From Vulcanimicrobiota bacterium (lineage in GTDB: Bacteria; Vulcanimicrobiota; Vulcanimicrobiia; Vulcanimicrobiales; Vulcanimicrobiaceae), in NCBI GenBank assembly GCA_003133025.1, contig PKZK01000199.1:1-16175 (forward strand): 16,175 nucleotides of DNA, read 5' to 3'. Under the pieces are notes generated by a model, which had not been told where the DNA came from, did no database searches, and worked only from the letters and a program-made list of their open reading frames with translations. Positions 8,051 to 14,142 of the stretch are shown in pieces (the first letter of the stretch is position 1; each line of letters opens with the position of its first letter). The translations under genes and the position numbers were made by a program.

Positions 8051-9070
8051 TTACGTAAAACCGTCGACGTCGACGATCGCCTTGGCGAAATCCCTCGGCG
8101 CCTCCTGAGGCACGTTGTGGCCGATGCCGGTCAGCGTACGGTGGGCGTATTTTCCGGTGAAGTACTTGGCGTAACCCGCGCCGTTTGCGGCGGCGCCGTC
8201 GAAGTCGCTGCCGATCGTGATCGTCGGAACGGCGATCGGCGGAGCCGCGTTGAGCTTTGCCTCCAGCGCATCGTACTGCGCCTCGCCCTTCGCCAAACTG
8301 AGCCGGTAACGATAGTCGTGGATGACGATCGCCACGTGATCGGGGTTGTCGAACGAATCTGCCGTCCGCGCGTAGGTTGCATCGTCGAAATTCCAGCCCG
8401 GAGAGGCGTTCTTCCAGATCAGCCGGTTGAAGTCGCGCCGGTTTTGGGTGTAGCCGATCACGCCGCGTTCCGTTGAAAAGTAGTATTGGTACCACCATCC
8501 GAGTTCGGCGACCGGCGGCAAAGGCTGCAGGTTCGCCGCGAGGTTGGTGATCAGATAACCGCTCACCGAGACGATGGCCTTGCACCGCTCCGGCCAGAGC
8601 GCGGCGACCACGCACGCCGTGCGCGCGCCCCAGTCGAATCCGCCGACGATCGCCCTGTCGATCTTCAACGCATCCAGCAACGCGATGACGTCGAGCCCGA
8701 CGACGGCCTGCTGACCGTTGCGAAACGTTGAGTCCGAGAGGAAGCGCGTCGAGCCGAAGCCGCGCAGATAGGGCACGATCACCCGATACCCGGCCGCGGC
8801 GAGGATGGGCACGACGTCGACGTAGCTGTGCACGTCGTATGGCCAGCCGTGCAACAAGATGACGGGGGTGCCACCGGCCGGGCCGGCCTCGACGTATCCA
8901 ATATTGAGAAGGCCGGCGTCGATCTGTCGCGGGTTCGCGAACGTTGCTGCGGCCGAGCCGCCCGCGGCGCCAGCCGTGGCCGGCCCGGCTTCGGCGAATT
9001 GCGCTGCAGCAACCGTCAGCGCGGCGGCGCCCAGGAAAGTGCGGCGCGAGGTGAGGTGATCGACGCTCAT
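8051..9070 (-). CDS. Alpha/beta hydrolase, epoxide-hydrolase-like (Asp nucleophile), with Tat signal peptide
   Basis: SRRTFLG twin-arginine motif, HGWP oxyanion motif, GGFDWGA nucleophile elbow, GIGHNVPQE catalytic His. ATGA overlap with the AraC stop and a GGAGG SD. Confidence 0.93.
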   Translation of the reverse strand: MSVDHLTSRRTFLGAAALTVAAAQFAEAGPATAGAAGGSAAATFANPRQIDAGLLNIGYVEAGPAGGTPVILLHGWPYDVHSYVDVVPILAAAGYRVIVPYLRGFGSTRFLSDSTFRNGQQAVVGLDVIALLDALKIDRAIVGGFDWGARTACVVAALWPERCKAIVSVSGYLITNLAANLQPLPPVAELGWWYQYYFSTERGVIGYTQNRRDFNRLIWKNASPGWNFDDATYARTADSFDNPDHVAIVIHDYRYRLSLAKGEAQYDALEAKLNAAPPIAVPTITIGSDFDGAAANGAGYAKYFTGKYAHRTLTGIGHNVPQEAPRDFAKAIVDVDGFT

Positions 9071-9606
9071 GGGTTGGCTCCTCCGTCGTGGTACCGCGCG
9101 CGCCAGGCGCGCGGCGTCGTGCCGGCCGTCCGGCGAAACGTGTTCGTGAAGTGGGCTTGGTCGGAGAAGCCCGTGGAGAGCGCAATTTCGGTGAGCGAGG
9201 CGTTGCTGCCGCGCATGAGATTCATGGCCCTTTCGATCCGCGCGCGTACCACGTAGGCGTGCGGCGTGCTGCCCACGCTTCGGCGGAAGGCGTGCGAAAA
9301 GTGCGAGCGGCTCAGGCCGGCGATCGACGAGAGCATCGAAACCGAGATCGTCTCGGCGAGGCGCTCGTCGATCGCCTCATCGATCAGCCGTAATTGCCGC
9401 GCATCCAAACCGCGCGGAGGTCTCGGGCTCTGCGGCGCAGCAACCGGCTTTCCGGTGCGTTGCGCCGCGCATCGTCCATCGTGCAGCGAGGCGGCTATCG
9501 CTTCGATGATCGGTTCCAGTTCCCTGACGACGGAGGCTCCCAACCGAGTCGGGCGCGCGCTCGCGGGCGCTCGCGGAACCTGAGCCTGAAGAACGGGACC
9601 GTTCAC
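9067..9606 (-). CDS. AraC/XylS family transcriptional regulator, short form (179 aa)
   Basis: C-terminal double HTH: LSRSHFSHAFRRSVGSTPHAYV..RIERA and SLTEIALSTGFSDQAHFTNTFRR..GTTP. Start reassigned from 9963 to GTG 9606, which has GAGGGA upstream and overlaps the ABM stop (GTGA). Confidence 0.9.
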   Translation of the reverse strand: MNGPVLQAQVPRAPASARPTRLGASVVRELEPIIEAIAASLHDGRCAAQRTGKPVAAPQSPRPPRGLDARQLRLIDEAIDERLAETISVSMLSSIAGLSRSHFSHAFRRSVGSTPHAYVVRARIERAMNLMRGSNASLTEIALSTGFSDQAHFTNTFRRTAGTTPRAWRARYHDGGANP

Positions 9607-9899
9607 GAGCGTCCCTCGAGCGGGAACACGGTTTCTGCGTTGCGCTCTACGACCAAACGTCGCACCCCGCCGATCACGAGGCGTGCGAAGTGCTCGCTCG
9701 CGACGTGCGCTGCAAGCGCGGCCTCGTCGCGATAAACTTCCCACAGCGCGAAGACCGCGGGCCGTTCTTTGCTGCGGCCGATGTCGAAGGCGATAATGCC
9801 CGGTTCCCGGCGCGAAAGCTCCTGAAGCTCCGTAAAGAGTTCGGCGGCTCGATCGCCGTCTTCGTCGGCGACGGTATAGTGAATCGATTAAATCAGCAT
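9603..9899 (-). pseudogene. ABM-domain (antibiotic biosynthesis monooxygenase / putative quinol monooxygenase) gene with in-frame TAA at codon 4
   Basis: Hand translation: MLI*SIHYTVADEDGDRAAELFTELQELSRREPGIIAFDIGRSKERPAVFALWEVYRDEAALAAHVASEHFARLVIGGVRRLVVERNAETVFPLEGRS*. SR.EPG, F.L.EVY.D..A..AH..SEHF is the ABM signature. TAA at 9890-9888. Confidence 0.88.
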
Positions 9900-10055
9900 C
9901 GGCTTGGGGCTCCGTGCGGTGGAGGAGGCAAAAGCTCGAGAAATGGTAGCGGTCGCGGCCCACGCGGGCTATCCAGGCGTAGTGTGAGTAGCCCCGCTAC
10001 CTAACCGGCACTACCACCCGCGGCGAGTTCGACGATGGCGCAGGCGAATGACGCG

Positions 10056-10206
10056 CGAGACGCCGGCAATTCGGCAACGTCTTCGCGCCGAAGCCCGCGG
10101 CACGGCGCCGAGGGAGCGCGGGCAGCCCCACGTCCGACGGGCGTAAGCGGGCGCGGCTACGCGTGAGCAGCGCCCGGAGTTCTAAGCCACGTGTCTCGTC
10201 ATTCAC
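10056..10206 (-). pseudogene. MmyB-like XRE-family HTH regulator remnant (two frameshifts, truncated)
   Basis: From GTG 10206 (GAGGA upstream): VNDETRGLELRALLTRSRARLRPSDVGLPALPRRRAAG. Adding one base near 10090 and one near 10068 restores (L)RREDVAE(L)AGVS, the family motif. Recognisable similarity ends there. Confidence 0.85.
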
Positions 10207-10260
10207 GCTCGCTTCCTCATCGTCCAAGCAGAAAGGGCTACCTGAGGGGAGTGTTCGCGG

Positions 10261-10266
10261 ATTATA
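10261..10266 (-). promoter_or_regulatory. Candidate sigma70-type -10 element for the leftward regulator remnant
   Basis: Perfect TATAAT on the - strand, 54 nt upstream of GTG 10206, rare in this GC-rich DNA. The -35 position at 17-nt spacing (GAGACT) is weak. Confidence 0.4.
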
Positions 10267-10293
10267 ACCGACGCGCCTGAAAAAGTCTCTAGT

Positions 10294-10391
10294 GTGCCGA
10301 GTCGGAAATGACTCGTCATTCCACGCTCCACGCTCCTCGATGCGAACGAAAATCCGCCGCCGACTTGTACGCCCGACTTCCGACTCGTCAC
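10294..10391. repeat. 14-bp imperfect inverted repeat between the two divergent regulator remnants
   Basis: GTGCCGAGTCGGAA (10294-10307) and TTCCGACTCGTCAC (10378-10391) are 13/14 complementary, with a 70-nt spacer. Confidence 0.6.
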
Positions 10392-10450
10392 GTGAAAGAC
10401 GCTGCGAGTATCCCACCGCGCCCGCGCGGCGGGTTAGCGGGAGACCGCCC

Positions 10451-10737
10451 CGCCAGTTTGTGTTTGCGCGCCGCCGGGCGCTCTAAGGTACATCGCATTA
10501 GCTCACTCACATGCCGCCGCTACGACGTCGCCGCCGCACGCCCGGTTTACGTCGCGACGAAGTCAGCGCGCTCGCCGGGATCTCGACGGCGTACGCCGCG
10601 TGGCCGCCCCGCAGCGGCTGAGATTCGAGATCGAGCACGCTGAGGCCGGGCTGGAGACGTTCGATGCTGCGCTCGTCGCCGATCCGCTCGCGGCCGGGCA
10701 CCTCGCCCTGCTGATGCAGCGCGAAACAGCGCGGTAG
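10451..10737 (+). pseudogene. Second MmyB-like XRE-family HTH regulator remnant (nonsense codons, apparent internal deletion)
   Basis: One frame reads RQFVFARRRAL*GTSH*LTHMPPLRRRRRTPGLRRDEVSALAGISTAYAAW, containing the RRRTPGLRR.EV..LAG.S..Y motif. A shifted frame (10615-10737) reads RLRFEIEHAEAGLETFDAALVADPLAAGHLALLMQRETAR*, plausibly the C-terminal end. The 5' boundary is uncertain. Confidence 0.8.
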
Positions 10738-10820
10738 GGCCGCCGTCGCGCTCGCGCGAACGCCCGCAAGACGTTCCGGGAGCGCGAGCCCTTCGCGAGC
10801 GTCCCCGTCGAGGAGTTTTT

Positions 10821-11753
10821 TTGCGGATCATCGTCACCGGCGGGGCCGGGTTCATCGGGTCGCACATCGCCGAAGCCTACGTCGCCGCCGGCCACGAGGT
10901 GGTCGTGATCGACAGCCTCTGGGAGAAGGGCGGCGGCCGGCGCGAGAACGTCCCCGCCGGCGCAAGCTTCATCCACATGGACGTCCGCGACAAGGGCATC
11001 GAGCGATTCTTCCGCGAGTTCTCGCCGGAAATCGTCAACCATCACGCCGCCCAGCATTCGGTTGCCATCAGCGCACGGGATCCGCGCCTCGACGCCGACG
11101 TCAACGTCATGGGCTTGATCAACGTGCTCGACACGTCGGTGAAGTTCGGCGTGCGCAAAGTACTATTCGCCTCGAGCGGCGCGACCTTCGGCGAACCGAA
11201 GCGCCTGCCCATCGACGAGAACACGCCGCAACATCCCGAATCGCCCTACGCGATCACCAAGATGGTCGCCGAACACTATTTGCGCTTCTACAAGACCCAA
11301 CACGGACTGGACTTCACCGCGTTTCGTTACGGCAACGTGTACGGACCGCGCCAAGACCCGTCCGGCGAAGCGGGCGTCATCGCGATCTTCATCGGCCGCT
11401 TCCTCGCGCGCCAGAGCGTCAAGATCTACTGGGACGGCATGCAGACGCGCGATTACGTGTACGTCGGCGATCTCGCCGACTTGAATCTGCTCGGCCTCGA
11501 AAAGGGCAGCGGACAGTGCTATTGCATCGGCACGAATAAGCGCACGAGCGTCAACGAGATCCATAGCGCCCTGGCGCAGGTTACGGGTTTCACCGCGCCC
11601 GTCGAGTACTTGCCCAAACGCCCCGGCGACGTGCGCGACGCCCAGATCGATCCCGCGCTCGCCGAGCGCGAACTGGGCTGGAAGCCGAAGACCTCACTGC
11701 TCGACGGCATGCGCTCGACCGTCGAGTACTTCCGCGACCGGCTGCCCGCGTAA
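10821..11753 (+). CDS. NAD-dependent epimerase/dehydratase (UDP-glucose 4-epimerase-like extended SDR)
   Basis: TGGAGFIGS, HHAAQ, FASSG, YAITK (YxxxK), RYGNVYGPRQ, QTRDYVYV and RPGDV motifs; TTG start with GAGGAG SD. Confidence 0.95.
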   Translation: MRIIVTGGAGFIGSHIAEAYVAAGHEVVVIDSLWEKGGGRRENVPAGASFIHMDVRDKGIERFFREFSPEIVNHHAAQHSVAISARDPRLDADVNVMGLINVLDTSVKFGVRKVLFASSGATFGEPKRLPIDENTPQHPESPYAITKMVAEHYLRFYKTQHGLDFTAFRYGNVYGPRQDPSGEAGVIAIFIGRFLARQSVKIYWDGMQTRDYVYVGDLADLNLLGLEKGSGQCYCIGTNKRTSVNEIHSALAQVTGFTAPVEYLPKRPGDVRDAQIDPALAERELGWKPKTSLLDGMRSTVEYFRDRLPA

Positions 11754-11757
11754 GACA

Positions 11758-12561
11758 ATGAGTTCGTCCTTTATCGATCTCAGCGGACGCGTCAGCGTCA
11801 TCACGGGCGCGGCACGCGGCATCGGTTGGGCAGCCGCACACGAACTTGCCTTGGCCGGGTCGGCGGTCGCCCTGATCGACCTCAATGAAAACGAGGCCGT
11901 AACGGCGGCGTCGGGGCTCGCGGAAGACCTCGGCGTGGAGGCGCGCGGCTATGCGGCCGACGTGCGTTCCGCGGAAGCGCTCGCGCGCACCATCGCCCGG
12001 ATCGCGCGCGATTTCGGCGCGATCGACCATTTGATCAACAACGCGGGCGTGCAGTTCGTGGCGCCGATCGGCGAGTTCCCGATCGACAAGTGGGATTTCG
12101 TCACCTCGATCAACCTCGACGGTGTGTTTTACGCAACCCGCGCGGTGTGGCCGCATCTGGCCGCGCGCAAACGCGGCCGCATCGTCAACATCGCGAGCAT
12201 CCACGGCCTCGTCGCGTCACCGTACAAACCGGCCTATGTGGCCGCCAAACACGGCGTCGTCGGGCTCACCCGCGCGGCAGCCGTCGAAGGCGCGCCGCTG
12301 GGCATCACGGTCAACGCGGTGTGCCCGGGCGCGGTGATGACCGATCTCGTGCGCAATCAGGCGCCGCAATTGGTCGACTCGTTCGGCGGCGGCATCAGCG
12401 AAGAAGAGGCGCTCGAACGCGCCTTTCTCACCGCGATGCCTTCGCGCACGTTCATCGAACCCCGCGAAGTCGGCCAACTCTGCACCTACCTGTGCAGCGA
12501 CGCAGCCCGCTCGATAAACGGCGCCCCGATCTCGATAGACGGCGGCTGGTCCGCCCACTAG
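11758..12561 (+). CDS. bdhA: 3-hydroxybutyrate dehydrogenase (classical SDR)
   Basis: TGAARGIG, NNAGVQFVAPIGEFP, SIHGLVASPYKPAYVAAKHG and LVRNQ retain the Gln/His/Lys/Gln substrate residues characteristic of HBDH; starts 4 nt after the epimerase stop. Confidence 0.85.
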   Translation: MSSSFIDLSGRVSVITGAARGIGWAAAHELALAGSAVALIDLNENEAVTAASGLAEDLGVEARGYAADVRSAEALARTIARIARDFGAIDHLINNAGVQFVAPIGEFPIDKWDFVTSINLDGVFYATRAVWPHLAARKRGRIVNIASIHGLVASPYKPAYVAAKHGVVGLTRAAAVEGAPLGITVNAVCPGAVMTDLVRNQAPQLVDSFGGGISEEEALERAFLTAMPSRTFIEPREVGQLCTYLCSDAARSINGAPISIDGGWSAH

Positions 12562-12591
12562 GGAAATTCTCTAATTTAGCGTGTGAACGAC

Positions 12592-14142
12592 TTATCTCGT
12601 GAACGTGCCCTGTTTGGTGGCGTTTAGGTTCTCGACGGTGAACGAGGCGATCGTGCCGGGCGCGCCCGGGGTGAAGGTGACGGCGGCGATGCCCAGGGCG
12701 TTCTCGCCGCGCGGGAGATAAGCGAAGGTGTTGCCGCTCCAGTGCGCGAGCGCGAACTCTTCGTGATTGGGGCCGAGCGTGAGCGTTAGGCGCCCGTTTT
12801 TCGCAGCGATCACGGCGTCGCCGTAGTACGCGTTTTTGTACGTGCCCTCGTAGGCGCCATCGGCGAGCGCGGGCGCGGGATTGGCCGGCGGACGCTTGCC
12901 CGCGAGTTCGCTCGGGTTCACGTACATCTTGGCGAAGAGCGGCGTATAAGCCGCGTACCAGTCGCGCTGGATCGAGCCGAGTTCGGCGAGATCCATGAAG
13001 TCGGCGGCGATCGATTCGGGCACGCCGATCGGCATGCTGTTGGTCAGCACCACGATGCCCAAGCGTTCGGAGGGTAAGAGCGCGATCGTGGTCGCGCCGC
13101 CGGAGGCAAACCCGCCGGAATGGCTGAGCCGCACGCGGCCCGCCTCATCGTAGCCGACGCCGATGCCGTACCCGTAAAACGAGGTGCGGCTGCTCTCGGT
13201 GGGCGTCGGATTGCTGGCGATCTGCGGCACGTGCGTTTCGAGGAGCGCCTTGGCGTCGATGATCTGTTTGCCGTTGTATTTACCGTCGGCTAGCACCAGC
13301 CGCAGCCACTTGCCCATGTCGTTGACGCTCGAACTCACGCCGCCTGCGGGCGATTCGGGGTCGGGTTGCCGCGTGAACCTCGCGAGCCACTTGTCGCCCT
13401 CACGCACGTGCAGCAGCGCGCGATTTGGAGCCTTCTGGTAATCCGCAAAACGCGAACTGGTGGAACTCATGCCGAGCGGCGCGTAGAGCGTTTGGCGCGA
13501 CAGTTCTTCCCAGGGCACGCCCGCAGCGTTGGCGACCGACTGCGCGGCCGCAGTGATCCCGAAATTGGTGTAGGCATAGGTGATCCGGAACGGATCGAGG
13601 GGCTCGAGTGCGAGCCGTTCGAGGATCGTACCGCGGTCGAAGCCGAGGTCCTCGAGCAGGTCGCCCGCATGGTCGGGCAGACCGCTGCGATGCGAATACA
13701 TGTCGCCGAGCGTCACGTGCTCGGTCACGTACGGATCGCTCAGCTTGAAGCCGGGCAGGTGCTTGACGACCGGATCGCTCCACTTGACCAGGCCGCGACC
13801 GACGAGCGCGGCGATCACGGTAGCGCCGACGGGCTTCGAAACCGAAGCCAGTTGGAAGACGGTATTTGCGTCGACTTTCTTGTTGGTGCCGATCTCGCGG
13901 ACGCCGAAGCCTTTCGCGTACACGACCTTATCGTCGTGCACGACCGCGATCGCCAGTCCCGGGACGCCCGTCCGGCGCAGGTAGGCCGCCGCCAGTCCGT
14001 CGAGTTTCGCGACGGCACGTGCGATGCGTCCGGGCGGAACGGTTATCGCCGACGCTTCGGGAGGGATGGGCTTTGCTGCGAGCGGTCCGGCCAAGCCGCA
14101 CAGCAACGCTCCCGTCAAAAATACCGCAGCGCGTCGCTGCAT
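12592..14142 (-). CDS. Exported serine hydrolase, beta-lactamase (AmpC-like) family, with C-terminal DUF3471-like domain
   Basis: FQLASVSK (SxxK), YAYTN (YxN), HSGG, and YEGTYKNAYYG in the C-terminal domain; N-terminal signal peptide; TGATG overlap with the leuS stop. Confidence 0.93.
   Translation of the reverse strand: MQRRAAVFLTGALLCGLAGPLAAKPIPPEASAITVPPGRIARAVAKLDGLAAAYLRRTGVPGLAIAVVHDDKVVYAKGFGVREIGTNKKVDANTVFQLASVSKPVGATVIAALVGRGLVKWSDPVVKHLPGFKLSDPYVTEHVTLGDMYSHRSGLPDHAGDLLEDLGFDRGTILERLALEPLDPFRITYAYTNFGITAAAQSVANAAGVPWEELSRQTLYAPLGMSSTSSRFADYQKAPNRALLHVREGDKWLARFTRQPDPESPAGGVSSSVNDMGKWLRLVLADGKYNGKQIIDAKALLETHVPQIASNPTPTESSRTSFYGYGIGVGYDEAGRVRLSHSGGFASGGATTIALLPSERLGIVVLTNSMPIGVPESIAADFMDLAELGSIQRDWYAAYTPLFAKMYVNPSELAGKRPPANPAPALADGAYEGTYKNAYYGDAVIAAKNGRLTLTLGPNHEEFALAHWSGNTFAYLPRGENALGIAAVTFTPGAPGTIASFTVENLNATKQGTFTR

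Noticed and set aside
9607..9963. N-terminal extension of the AraC ORF to 298 aa
   Set aside because: Arg-rich off-frame reading of the ABM pseudogene; GTG 9606 has an SD and a coupled overlap.
10195..10395. Possible degenerate CRISPR array or IS end among the spacer repeats
   Set aside because: Repeats are short and irregular with no repeat-spacer periodicity, and no cas, transposase or integrase gene is in the window.
10746..10787. GC-rich hairpin (8+5 bp) after the right-hand regulator remnant
   Set aside because: No adjacent U-tract, and such stems arise easily at this GC content; not called as a terminator.
12562..12591. AT-rich convergent gap between bdhA and the serine hydrolase
   Set aside because: Only a weak AAATT/AATTT dyad; no stable terminator stem.
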